A stretch of DNA of 59,279 bases from Yinghuangia sp. YIM S10712 (GCF_051388935.1 NZ_JBPKBI010000009.1:121073-180351); one strand, 5' to 3'; shown: positions 8,566 to 17,942, numbered from the stretch's first letter. The notes: a model not told the origin generated them from the letters alone. Made by a program: numbers and translations.

Positions 8566-10005
8566 GTGTTCGGCATCATCAGGCCGTGTCGGCATTCGCT
8601 GGCTGAGGGACTGCGCGACTCCTGGATGGCGCACTTGTGCGGGCTGTGCCTCGCGCTGCGTGACGACCACGGGCACGCCGCACGCGTCGCCACCAATTAC
8701 GACGGGCTGATCATCTCTGTGCTCGTCGAGGCGCAGAACGCAACCGAGGCGGTGAAAAGCGGGCGGCGCAAGGCGGGGCCCTGTGCCCTGCGCGGCATGC
8801 GTACCGCCGAGGTCGCGCGGGGCGAAGGCGCCCGTCTCGCCGCCGCTGTCTCGCTCGTCCTGGCCGCAGCGAAGATGCGGGACCATGTCGAGGACCAGGA
8901 CGGGGTGTTCGCCCGCAAGCCGGTCGCGGGAGGCGCGCGCAGGGTCGCCGCTCGATGGGCCCGGCAGGGCGACAGCACCGGGCATGCGGTCGGTTTCGAC
9001 ACGGCGGTGCTGACGGAGGCCGTGGGCCGCCAAGGCGAGATCGAAGCTCTCGCCGGGCCCGGGACGTCGGTGCTCGTGGTCACCGAGCCCACCGAGACCG
9101 CGACCGCTGCCGCCTTCGCCCACACCGCGACCCTCGCCGGACGCCCGGGGAACGCCGAACCACTCGCCGAGGCAGGCCGCCTCTTCGGCCGGCTTGCGCA
9201 TCTCCTCGACGCGGTCGAGGACATCTGGGAGGACCGCGCGACGGGCGCGTGGAACCCGCTGCTCGCCACCGGGACCGGGCCGGAAGAGGCTTACCGGCTG
9301 TGCCGCGACGCCGCGCACGGCATACGCCTGGCCCTGAAGGACGTCGCGTTCACCGACGCTCGCCTCGCGCACGTGCTTCTGGTGCACGAGGTCGACCAGG
9401 CCGTCGAACGGACCTTCCAGCACGCGGGCTTCCCCGTGAAGTCGCGTCGGCACGGGTGTTCGTCGCACGGCAAATCACATGGCAAGTCCCTGGACACGGC
9501 GGTCGGAACGGGCGGCTTGCCCGCCCCGGGCGCGACAGCGGCGCCCGACGTGCTTCCGCTCGGCGGCCCGATCACCGACGGACGGGCCTTCGCCGACCTG
9601 TCGGGCGGTCCCGCAGGACAGACACCCGCGCCCCTCGAATCGCACTCGCCGCAGAGCCCGCCCGGATGGCAGCCGCCCCCGGCCGACCCCGGCAACCCCT
9701 TCGGCCCCGGGCGCAACCCGAACTGGGATCCCATACACCCCGGGGGCCCCGGTGGTCCCGGGGACCCCGGCCGACCGCCCGGGCGCAGGTACAACCCGCT
9801 GATCGCGTGCCTGATGTGGGTCGGCCTGTGCTGCACCTGCCAGGCGTGCTGCCGCGACGAGTACACCGACCCGTGTACGGGCCGGCAGCGCCAAGGCTGC
9901 TGCAACGACTGCGACGCCGATTGCTGTAGCTGCTGCGACTGCTGCCAGTGCTGCGGCGAAGACGGCGGCTGCTGCGACGGCTGCGGCTGCGACTGCAGTT
10001 GCTGA
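8566..10005 (+). CDS. Hypothetical protein: conserved Cys-motif N-domain (MFGIIRPCRH...HLCGLCLAL), Gly/Pro-rich linker and a hyper-cysteine C-terminal tail
   Basis: GTG start preceded by GGGGAGG. The N-terminal ~290 aa look globular, with C8, C25 and C28. Residues ~350-410 are Pro/Gly rich (PGGPGGPGDPGRPPG). The last 66 aa are LIACLMWVGLCCTCQACC...CCNDCDADCCSCCDCCQCCGEDGGCCDGCGCDCSC, with 24 Cys. The N-domain may belong to the DUF5685-like family; this is from memory and unverified. Confidence 0.7.
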   Translation: MFGIIRPCRHSLAEGLRDSWMAHLCGLCLALRDDHGHAARVATNYDGLIISVLVEAQNATEAVKSGRRKAGPCALRGMRTAEVARGEGARLAAAVSLVLAAAKMRDHVEDQDGVFARKPVAGGARRVAARWARQGDSTGHAVGFDTAVLTEAVGRQGEIEALAGPGTSVLVVTEPTETATAAAFAHTATLAGRPGNAEPLAEAGRLFGRLAHLLDAVEDIWEDRATGAWNPLLATGTGPEEAYRLCRDAAHGIRLALKDVAFTDARLAHVLLVHEVDQAVERTFQHAGFPVKSRRHGCSSHGKSHGKSLDTAVGTGGLPAPGATAAPDVLPLGGPITDGRAFADLSGGPAGQTPAPLESHSPQSPPGWQPPPADPGNPFGPGRNPNWDPIHPGGPGGPGDPGRPPGRRYNPLIACLMWVGLCCTCQACCRDEYTDPCTGRQRQGCCNDCDADCCSCCDCCQCCGEDGGCCDGCGCDCSC

Positions 10006-10078
10006 CGAGGGGAGACGCGTCAGCGCCTGTTCCGGGCCGTGCCGTCGTACTCCCACCCCGCGTCGGTGTTGAGCTCCG

Positions 10079-10206
10079 GTGGGGATTGAGGACACGGCCG
10101 GGCTGATGTGCCTCATGGCCCGCGTGGTGCGGGCGCATTCGGTTGGGGATTGAGGACACGGCCGGGTGATGTGCCTCCTGGGCCCGCGTGGTGCGGGCGG
10201 ATTCGG
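10079..10206. repeat. Tandem direct duplication of a 64-bp unit (2 copies, about 92% identical) in a convergent intergenic region
   Basis: GGTGGGGATTGAGGACACGGCCGGGCTGATGTGCCTCATGGCCCGCGTGGTGCGGGCGCATTCGG is followed immediately by GTTGGGGATTGAGGACACGGCCGGGTGATGTGCCTCCTGGGCCCGCGTGGTGCGGGCGGATTCGG. Confidence 0.6.
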
Positions 10207-10413
10207 TCACGGCCGACGACGCGCGTTCCCGGCGTCGCGGAGGCGGCCGCCGCGCGCTCCGAGCCCAGGTCGAACTGCGCGCCCGGCGCTGCGGTCGCGT
10301 CGGCCGCGAACGGCTTCTCGCGCGCATGGACTGGTCCAAGACACCGGACAGCGGCCCTCGTCGGTCCCGTCGGTCCAGTCGGTCCGACGGGGGCCGTGCC
10401 GGCCGTGACAGTC

Positions 10414-12711
10414 TCAGACCGCAGCCGGTTCGAGACGCACGATCACCGACTTGGACGTCGGCGTGTTGCTGACCTCCGCCGTACTGTCCAGCGGCACCAG
10501 CACGTTGGTCTCCGGGAAGTACGCCGCCGCGCACTCGCGGGCCGTGGGGTAGGCGATCGCCCGGAAGCCGGGCGCGCGTCGCTCGGTGCCGTCCGTCCAC
10601 TCACTCACCAGGTCGACCATCTCTCCGTCGGCGACGCCGAGTTGCGCAAGGTCGGCAGGGTGCACGAAGACGACGCGGCGGCCGGCCTTGACGCCTCGGT
10701 AGCGGTCGTCGAGCCCGTAGATCGTGGTGTTGTACTGGTCGTGGGAGCGAACCGTCTGGAGGATCAGCCGCCCCGCCGGGACGTGCAGCACCTCCAGCGG
10801 ATTGACGGTGAAGTTCGCCTTTCCGTTGACCGTCGGGAACCGCCGTTCGTCGCGGGGGCCGTGCGGCAACACGAATCCGCCCGGTGCGCGCACCCGACGG
10901 TTGAAATCGGCGAACCCCGGAATGACCCGTCCGATGCGGTCCCTGATCAGGTCGTAGTCCTCACGGAAGTCCCGCCAGGGCACGGTCGTCCGATCGCCGA
11001 GGACGCGCTCGGCGAGGCCGCACACGATCGCCACCTCGGAACGCAGTTCCCGGGACGCGGGCGGCAGGTTCCCCGTCGACGCGTGGACCGCGCTCATCGA
11101 GTCCTCGACCGTGACGAACTGGGTGCCCGTCGGCTGGACGTCCGCCTCCGTGCGGCCCAGGCACGGCAGGATGAGCGCGCGCCGCCCGGTGACCGCGTGC
11201 GACCGGTTGAGCTTGGTGGACACCTGCACGGTGAGGGAGGTCCGGCGCAGCGCTGCTTCCGTCGCGGCGGTGTCGGGTGTCGCGGCGACGAAGTTGCCGC
11301 CGACCGCAATGAAGACCTTGACCCGGTCGTCGCGCATCGCCCGGATCGTGTCGACCACATCGTGGCCGTGCGCGCGAGGCGGGGCGAACCCGAACTCGGC
11401 CTCCAAGGCGTCCAGGAACGCCTGGGACGGCTTCTCGTAGATCCCCATCGTCCGGTCGCCCTGCACGTTGCTGTGCCCGCGCACGGGGCAGACGCCGGCG
11501 CCGGGGCGCCCGATGTTCCCGCGCAGCAGAAGGAAGTTCACGACCTCGCGGATCGTCGCGACCGAATTGCGGTGCTGTGTCAGCCCCATGGCCCAACAGA
11601 CCACCACACGGCGGGACTTGAGCACCCGCTGGTGGATGCGCTCGATCTGCTCGCGAGGCAGGCCCGTCGCCGACAGCACCTCGGCCCACGGCGTCGACCG
11701 CACATCGGACGCGAACTGCTCGAAACCCGCGCAGTGTTCGTCGATGAAGGCACGGTCGACGACAGTGCCGGGAGCCGCGGCGTCCGCCTCAAGCAGCAGC
11801 CGGTTGAGCGCCCGGAACAGCGCGAGGTCGCCGTTGACCCGGATCTGCGCGAACTCGTCGGCGAGCGGCGTCCCGGTGCCCGCGATACCGCTCGGCCGCT
11901 GGGGGTTCTTGAACCGCATCAGGCCCGCCTCGGGCAACGGGTTCACCGCGACGATGTGCGCGCCCGCGTGCTTGGCCTTCTCCAGAGCGGTGAGCATGCG
12001 CGGGTGGTTCGTCCCCGGGTTCTGACCGACGACGAGGATCAGGTCGGCTTGATGCAGGTCCTCCAACGACACGCTGCCCTTGCCGACACCGATCGTCTCG
12101 GTCAGCGCCGAACCGCTGGACTCGTGGCACATGTTCGAGCAGTCGGGAAGGTTGTTCGTCCCGAAGGCACGCACGAAGAGCTGGTACACGAACGCCGCTT
12201 CGTTGCTCGTCCGCCCTGACGTGTAGAACGCCGCCTCGTCGGGGGAGGCGAGTGCCGCGAGCTCCTCCGCGACGATGTCGAACGCCTTGTCCCAGGTCAC
12301 CGGCGTGTAGTGCGTGGCTCCGTCGGCGAGGTACATCGGGTGCGTCAGCCGCCCCTGTTGCCCGAGCCAATAGTCGGTGCGTTCGGCCAGATCCGTGACG
12401 GGGTGCGCGGCGAAGAAGTCGGGCGTCACGCGCCGCAGCGTCGCCTCCTCGGCGACGGCCTTCGCGCCGTTCTCGCAGTACTCGCCGATCGGGCTGCGGT
12501 GCTCGCCTTCCGGCCAGGCGCAGCCGGGACAGTCGAAGCCGTCCTTCTGGTTGACCTTGAGCAGCGTCCGGGCGCCCCGGCGCACCCCCATCTCGCGCCC
12601 GGCGTGTTTCAACGTCGACAGGATTGCGGGGATCCCGGCGGCGTATCGTTTGGGCGCGCCGATGGTCATTCCGCTGTCGTCGACATCGCCGACCGGTGCC
12701 TTGTCGACCAT
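10414..12711 (-). CDS. Molybdopterin oxidoreductase of the FdhF/YdeP family (formate-dehydrogenase-H-like)
   Basis: 765-aa ORF. An N-terminal Cys cluster (FDCPGCAWPEGEH) fits a 4Fe-4S/molybdopterin-binding domain. LILVVGQNPGTNHP and CWAMGLTQH are typical of the YdeP/FdhF family. Confidence 0.85.
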   Translation of the reverse strand: MVDKAPVGDVDDSGMTIGAPKRYAAGIPAILSTLKHAGREMGVRRGARTLLKVNQKDGFDCPGCAWPEGEHRSPIGEYCENGAKAVAEEATLRRVTPDFFAAHPVTDLAERTDYWLGQQGRLTHPMYLADGATHYTPVTWDKAFDIVAEELAALASPDEAAFYTSGRTSNEAAFVYQLFVRAFGTNNLPDCSNMCHESSGSALTETIGVGKGSVSLEDLHQADLILVVGQNPGTNHPRMLTALEKAKHAGAHIVAVNPLPEAGLMRFKNPQRPSGIAGTGTPLADEFAQIRVNGDLALFRALNRLLLEADAAAPGTVVDRAFIDEHCAGFEQFASDVRSTPWAEVLSATGLPREQIERIHQRVLKSRRVVVCWAMGLTQHRNSVATIREVVNFLLLRGNIGRPGAGVCPVRGHSNVQGDRTMGIYEKPSQAFLDALEAEFGFAPPRAHGHDVVDTIRAMRDDRVKVFIAVGGNFVAATPDTAATEAALRRTSLTVQVSTKLNRSHAVTGRRALILPCLGRTEADVQPTGTQFVTVEDSMSAVHASTGNLPPASRELRSEVAIVCGLAERVLGDRTTVPWRDFREDYDLIRDRIGRVIPGFADFNRRVRAPGGFVLPHGPRDERRFPTVNGKANFTVNPLEVLHVPAGRLILQTVRSHDQYNTTIYGLDDRYRGVKAGRRVVFVHPADLAQLGVADGEMVDLVSEWTDGTERRAPGFRAIAYPTARECAAAYFPETNVLVPLDSTAEVSNTPTSKSVIVRLEPAAV

Positions 12712-12894
12712 CTGCGCGCCCGTCCTTTCGTGCGACCTTGCCGGTGCCGCGCGCCCGGACCATCAGGCCGGGTTCCACGCGTTCGGCCCCCACCGTACGC
12801 CGGTCCCGCCGCAGGCCCGGAACCCCCATCACCCGTGCGGGGACGCCTCCGCCCCGGTCATTCGAACATGCGTACGGTTGCGCTCACGGCGCCC

Positions 12895-15741
12895 TCACCC
12901 CGTAGTACGTCCGAACTCCGACGCCACGATTTGATTGGATGCCACGGCCGCGGCCATCGCGTCCGTCCCGCCCAACACCGCACGCCCGAATTCGACGAGC
13001 GGGCGTTCGGACCACCCAGGCGCTGCCGGGTACGCGCGCGCACCGGCCAGCGCGGACGCGCCCGCCCGCAGCATCGGATTGGCCCCCTGCGCGGCCTCGT
13101 CGGGCGCGTACGGCGACAGGACCCGACCGCTTTGAGCCAGCTGTGAACGCCACCGCGCCGAAGTGAGGGTGGTCAGCAGGTCCACGGCCGCCGGAATGTC
13201 GCGGCACGTCGAGGAGACCACCAGAGCCGTGCCGCCGAGGCCCACCGCACCCGGCCGGTCGGGAGCGTGCCCGGGCAGCGGGAACGCGTCGAGCTGCGCG
13301 GCGAGTGCGGGCGCGGCCGAGGTCACGGCCGTGTAGAGGGCCTCGCTGCCGATCACCGACGCCGTCTGCCCACGCGTGAAGAGCTCGTCGGGTCGAAGGG
13401 CGGCCTCAGTCGCGTCGCTCACCTCAGGGGCGTACTGCTGCAACTGCCGGAAGAACCGCACCGCGTCCGCCGAACCGGGCAGGTCGAAGGCGCCACGCCA
13501 GGGGTCGTCCAGGTTGTGTCCCTCCGGGAACGCGATCGCCCCGCCGGCCTCCCACATGAACGAGGCCAGCACCGGCCATGCCCGGCCGGGCAGGTAGACG
13601 CTGCGGAACGCCGGGTTCGGCGCGAAGTGTGTGCGGAGGTGTTCGAGGCCGTCCACCCATTCCTCGCGGCTACGCGGCAGCGGCACCCCGGCCGCCGCGT
13701 ACATGCCCCGGTGGCACAGGACGACGGGCACCGACGCGGTCAACGGGAGGCCGTAGACGGCCCCCTGGATCGTCACCGCGGAACGCACGGTCGGCAGCCA
13801 GGTGTCGGTCTCCAAGCGGTCCTGGTAATCCGCCAGGTTCTTTATACGTCGTGCGGCCACATGGCCGGCGAGGGAAAGGAGGTCGACCTCGTAGACGTCG
13901 GGGATCACGTCCTCGCGGTTGAACGCGTTCACCAACTCCTGGCCCAGCGCCTGCTGCGAGCGCAGTTCCACGTCGTACTTGACCGACGTCCCCAAAGCCG
14001 CGGGCAACTCGTCGGACAGCAGCGCGATTTGCCGGGCGTTCCAGGTGCCGTCGCGGAGCCACGCGCGTATCCGGCCCGGCGGGGTGTTGCCGGCAGGGGC
14101 GGGTGCGGAGCCGGGGTCCGTGCGCTTGGACTTTCCCGAGCCGCCGCTGCCCCACAGCACCGCGCCGGTCACGGCTCCGGCGAGCACCGCGCCGCCCGCG
14201 GCGACCCACCGGAGGAAGCGGCGCCTTTCTGCTCCCGACCGGATGATGCGCGCCGACGGGCCCGCCGGGCCCGGCTGCCCCGAGCGCGGGGGCTCGTCCG
14301 CGGGAGGTTCGGACGGGTGGGGAGGCGTGCTCGCGGGCCCGGCCGCATGGGGCGGCGCCGCGCCCGGCACCGGCGCCGCCGGGCGGCCGGGAAGGTCGGT
14401 TTCGCCGGGAGCGGCGGCGGCGGACGCGCGGGGCGGCAACGGCGCGTCGTCGTCGACGAGTTCCGCCTCGACAATCTGACGCTCGACGGTTCCGCGTTCC
14501 GGGCCGTCGGTCGGTGCGTCGGGCGCGGGGCCCGGCCCCGACCGGAAGGCCGAGCCGGGGGTGGACTCGTCCTCGGCGGCGCCCGGTCCGGCCGCCGACG
14601 TGCGCGATCGTCCCGGGCCGGCATCCGCTGCGGAGGAGTCCGGAGCGGATGCCGGCGGGGGGACGAACGGCCGCGCCGTCGTCCGGTCGTCCGCCGTACG
14701 CCTGCGCCGTCGCCCCGAACCGCGGCCGGTTTCCGAGGCGTACGCCCCTGCCTGGCTCGACCCGGGGGTCGCCTCGCCCGCGCGCCCGGAGTCACCGCCC
14801 TGGTGAGCCCCACCCGCCGGCGTACCGCTGCCCGGTCCCCCGGGCATGCCGCCGGACTGTGCCCAGATCGTTGCGGCGCGCTGGGCGACTTCGGCGGCCA
14901 CGCGTGGCGGAAGCCAGCCCGGACCGTCGAGTTCGCTGACGGTGGCGGCCTTGATCTGCGCGGCCGTCGGCCGGTCGGCCGGGTCCTTGGCCAGGCATGC
15001 CACGGCCAACTGCCCCAGCCATGCCGGGAGTCCGCCGAGATCAGGCTTCCCGCGCAGGATCCGTTCGCCGACTCCGGCGTCGCTGTCGTCTCCGAACGGC
15101 CCGGTGCCGCGCGCCGCGTGCACCAGCACAGTGCCGAGCGAGAAGACGTCCGCCGCGAACCCCACGTCGCGACCGGCGAGTTGCTCGGGGGCGCGGAACG
15201 CCGGTGACGTCAGCGTGGTCCCGATCAGCACCCCGTCCTCCTCGACCGACGGTCCGTCAGGGCTGCGGGCCACTCCCAGATCGACGATGCGCGGCCCGTC
15301 GGGTGCGAGGGCGACACCGGACGGGCTGAGCCGACCGTGTGTCAGGTCCTGTGCGTGCAGGGCTTCCAGGCCGGCGGCGAGACCCGCGGCGAGTGTGCGT
15401 ACGGTCTCCGCGGGCAGCGGGCCGAATTTCTCGACGGCCTCCGCGAGTGAGGGCCCGGGAGCGTAGGCGGCGGCGATCCACAGCACCGGGCCGCTTGTCG
15501 CAGCGTCGACGACGGGCACCACGAACGGGCAGTCGACGCGGTGCGCCGCGGCGACCTCGCGGGCGAAACGCGCGCGGAAGGCCGTGTCCCGGGCGGCGCT
15601 GTCGCGCACCGCCTTGACGACGGCCGGGCGTCCCTCGGGCGAAGCGCCCAAGAAGACCTGCGCGGTGGTGCCTTGGCCGAGCAGGGCAGCCAGCCGGTAG
15701 CCGCCGATTTGGCGCGGGTCGTCCTTGTCCAGGGGCCGCAT
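12895..15741 (-). CDS. Ser/Thr protein kinase with one transmembrane segment and a C-terminal extracytoplasmic solute-binding-protein-like domain
   Basis: Hanks kinase motifs are present (AVVKAV, HAQDLTHGRLSPSGV, VDLGVA, SPAFRAPEQ). A long Pro/Ala-rich linker follows, then transmembrane segment FLRWVAAGGAVLAGAVTGAVLWG. The ~400-aa C-terminus resembles ABC family-1 solute-binding proteins. Confidence 0.85.
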   Translation of the reverse strand: MRPLDKDDPRQIGGYRLAALLGQGTTAQVFLGASPEGRPAVVKAVRDSAARDTAFRARFAREVAAAHRVDCPFVVPVVDAATSGPVLWIAAAYAPGPSLAEAVEKFGPLPAETVRTLAAGLAAGLEALHAQDLTHGRLSPSGVALAPDGPRIVDLGVARSPDGPSVEEDGVLIGTTLTSPAFRAPEQLAGRDVGFAADVFSLGTVLVHAARGTGPFGDDSDAGVGERILRGKPDLGGLPAWLGQLAVACLAKDPADRPTAAQIKAATVSELDGPGWLPPRVAAEVAQRAATIWAQSGGMPGGPGSGTPAGGAHQGGDSGRAGEATPGSSQAGAYASETGRGSGRRRRRTADDRTTARPFVPPPASAPDSSAADAGPGRSRTSAAGPGAAEDESTPGSAFRSGPGPAPDAPTDGPERGTVERQIVEAELVDDDAPLPPRASAAAAPGETDLPGRPAAPVPGAAPPHAAGPASTPPHPSEPPADEPPRSGQPGPAGPSARIIRSGAERRRFLRWVAAGGAVLAGAVTGAVLWGSGGSGKSKRTDPGSAPAPAGNTPPGRIRAWLRDGTWNARQIALLSDELPAALGTSVKYDVELRSQQALGQELVNAFNREDVIPDVYEVDLLSLAGHVAARRIKNLADYQDRLETDTWLPTVRSAVTIQGAVYGLPLTASVPVVLCHRGMYAAAGVPLPRSREEWVDGLEHLRTHFAPNPAFRSVYLPGRAWPVLASFMWEAGGAIAFPEGHNLDDPWRGAFDLPGSADAVRFFRQLQQYAPEVSDATEAALRPDELFTRGQTASVIGSEALYTAVTSAAPALAAQLDAFPLPGHAPDRPGAVGLGGTALVVSSTCRDIPAAVDLLTTLTSARWRSQLAQSGRVLSPYAPDEAAQGANPMLRAGASALAGARAYPAAPGWSERPLVEFGRAVLGGTDAMAAAVASNQIVASEFGRTTG

Positions 15742-16549
15742 CGCACTCCTCGTCCATGCCCTGCCCGTGACGCTCGTGCGTCACCGCCTGCGGGGTGGGC
15801 TGCCATCGTGGGAACGGCAACGGCTCGTGATGATGTGCCTGTTCCACCGGATGGGCAGGCAGTCTGCCAGAAATTCGGGGGTGTTCAGGCCGCCGATCCC
15901 TGGTCCCGCCGGGGGTCCGGGCGCGTTTTCACCAGGATTGCGGCGGCTTCGCGCACCCGCCGGCACGACGTTCGGCCGGGGGTTGTACGGCCAAGTACCC
16001 GCTTGTGTCGGGGCGTTCGAGGAAGCACTGCCGGGCAGGTAATCGGGCGTCTTGCCAACGGCGCTGCGGCAGGCGGACGTTGACCGTCATTGCCGAGCGC
16101 TTGGAGTCGGCGTCTGCTCCGGGGGTGGTGCCCCGTCCGCCCTGTCACGATGCGTTCCCGAACGGCATCCATCCGTCAAGTGGTGGTCCCGTGGTTCGCG
16201 GCCGGCCGCTCGCACCGTGGCCACCCATGGTCCTCGCGCGAACACGGAGACACGCGAACACGGAGACAAGGGACCCGTCCGAGCGGGAGACAGGCCCGAT
16301 CTGTCGGCAGGCGCGTAAGTCTCCCGATAGGAAGCCCGACCTGCGGGCAAGGTTCCGCTTGGAGCTCCGAGGGGAAGGTCTCGATCGCGTTACATTACTC
16401 GCTGGTAGGTTACTGGCCAGTCTCCTCTTGAGAGGATCACCGGCGCGAGGGACATATCCGAAAACGGAACGCTCCTGCGGTGATCGGACTCGGTCGACTG
16501 CCGACGAGTCGGTGCAGGCGACGCCGTGGCGAGTGAAGGGAGATCGGTA

Positions 16550-17611
16550 GTGCTGAGGTTCCGCCGCGTGGCATTGGCGCTGGTGTTGCTGCTGGGGGTG
16601 GGCTTGATCGTCTTCCCGCTGGCGGACGGCCTGCCCGAGAAGACCCAGGGCGTCGACAACGTGCAGGACACCTTCCGCGACGCGATGTCCGAGGAAGGGA
16701 TCAAGACCAGCCGGGACGACCTGGTGACCATGGAGCTGATGCTCCAGCAGTTGCAGGCGGAGACGCTGCCCGATCTTGCGGCGGCCAGAGGAGTGTCGCC
16801 GGACCAGCTCAAGCTCCTCCTGGGCGCACGGTTCCCGAGTGTCGGCAAGGGCCTAAGCGAAGTAGGCACGATCATGCCCCGCTTCGAGGAGACCGTCGGG
16901 GTCATGGAGCAGCAGGGCTCCAACTTCCGTGAGGCGGACGAGATTCCGACCGCCCATGTGCCGAACACCGCGGTGACGTATCTCTTCCTGGTGCCCGGCA
17001 TCCTCCTGGTCGTCGTCGGCGGCGTGGGGCTGTTCTTCTCGATCCGCGGCCGGCGTTCGGCGATCCCGACGATCGCACTCGCCACCGCCGCGGCGATCGG
17101 GGCGGTCCTGGTGGTCGGCACGTTCGCGACCGACCAGATCGGCAAGACCAAGGCCGCGGAGAAGATGTTCGATGCCTTCCGCCCCACGTTCACCGAGGAG
17201 CGGTACCAGCAGATGCGGGCCGACATGAACACGCTCGAAGCGTTCGCCACGCAGATGCAGGGGGAGACCATCCCGTTCCTGGCGACCGCCGCCGGCGTGA
17301 GCACCGAGCAGTACACCGCGAAGCTGTCGGCGGACTACCCCGCCGTCGGCAAGGGCCTTCCGCAGACGCAGCGGATCCTCGCGCGCTTCGACGGCCTGAT
17401 CGAGGACATCGGTTCCAACGTCGAGTCGTTCAAGCACGCCGACAGCATCCCCAGCGCCGACACCCCGGTCAGCCAGGTGCCCTGGTACCTGCTGATTCCC
17501 GGCATCGGCCTCATCGTCGTGGCCGGCGCCGCGCTGCTTGCGCCGGGACGCCGCGAGGGCGACGCACCCACCGAGCCCACGGTGTCGAGGGAGACCCCGA
17601 CTCCCGTCTGA
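16550..17611 (+). CDS. Hypothetical membrane protein built from an internal tandem duplication (two ~130-aa repeats, each ending in a transmembrane helix)
   Basis: GTG start preceded by GAAGGGAG. Repeat 1 is ETLPDLAAARGVSPDQLKLLLGARFPSVGKGL...QGSNFREADEIP...LFLVPGILLVVVGG. Repeat 2 is ETIPFLATAAGVSTEQYTAKLSADYPAVGKGL...IGSNVESFKHADSIP...YLLIPGIGLIVVAG. Confidence 0.6.
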   Translation: MLRFRRVALALVLLLGVGLIVFPLADGLPEKTQGVDNVQDTFRDAMSEEGIKTSRDDLVTMELMLQQLQAETLPDLAAARGVSPDQLKLLLGARFPSVGKGLSEVGTIMPRFEETVGVMEQQGSNFREADEIPTAHVPNTAVTYLFLVPGILLVVVGGVGLFFSIRGRRSAIPTIALATAAAIGAVLVVGTFATDQIGKTKAAEKMFDAFRPTFTEERYQQMRADMNTLEAFATQMQGETIPFLATAAGVSTEQYTAKLSADYPAVGKGLPQTQRILARFDGLIEDIGSNVESFKHADSIPSADTPVSQVPWYLLIPGIGLIVVAGAALLAPGRREGDAPTEPTVSRETPTPV

Positions 17612-17690
17612 CCCACCGAGGCCGGTCCCGGCTCAAGCGCAGGCGCGGCCCGCCCTCCCCGCGCCCTGCCGGTGCTGAGTACGAGGCGCC

Positions 17691-17727
17691 GACGGGCGGT
17701 CCCGCACTTCCTGCGGGACCGCCCGTC
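17691..17727 (+). terminator. Perfect 16-bp stem / 5-nt loop hairpin downstream of the membrane-protein gene
   Basis: GACGGGCGGTCCCGCA-cttcc-TGCGGGACCGCCCGTC, followed by GCGTTGATCGG, which is a weak U-tract as is usual in high-GC organisms. Confidence 0.5.
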
Positions 17728-17890
17728 GCGTTGATCGGATGTGACCGCGCGAGTTGGACACCGGTAAGGGACGCACAAGCACCGGTACCTACACAGTGTG
17801 ACGGACGCCACTCGACGCCAAATCGGATATCTGGCATTAAACGAGGCTGATTTGCCGCGTGCAACTTGAGGATGCACGTGCATCCGAGGC

Positions 17891-17942
17891 TTGCAGCTGC
17901 ATAAATCGAGACTGCACGTGCATCTGGTCTTGCACACGCCGT
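17891..17942. promoter_or_regulatory. Array of three 10-bp palindromes spaced about 20 bp apart in an AT-richer stretch upstream of the HATPase gene
   Basis: GATGCACGTGCATC (17891-17904), TGCAGCTGCA (about 17912-17921) and TGCACGTGCA (about 17933-17942). A fourth TGCACGTGCA copy lies at about 19015-19024. Confidence 0.5.

Noticed and set aside
10108-12219. 703-aa ORF on the plus strand
   Set aside because: It is the antisense shadow of the FdhF/YdeP gene, whose Cys cluster and molybdopterin motifs are clear on the minus strand.
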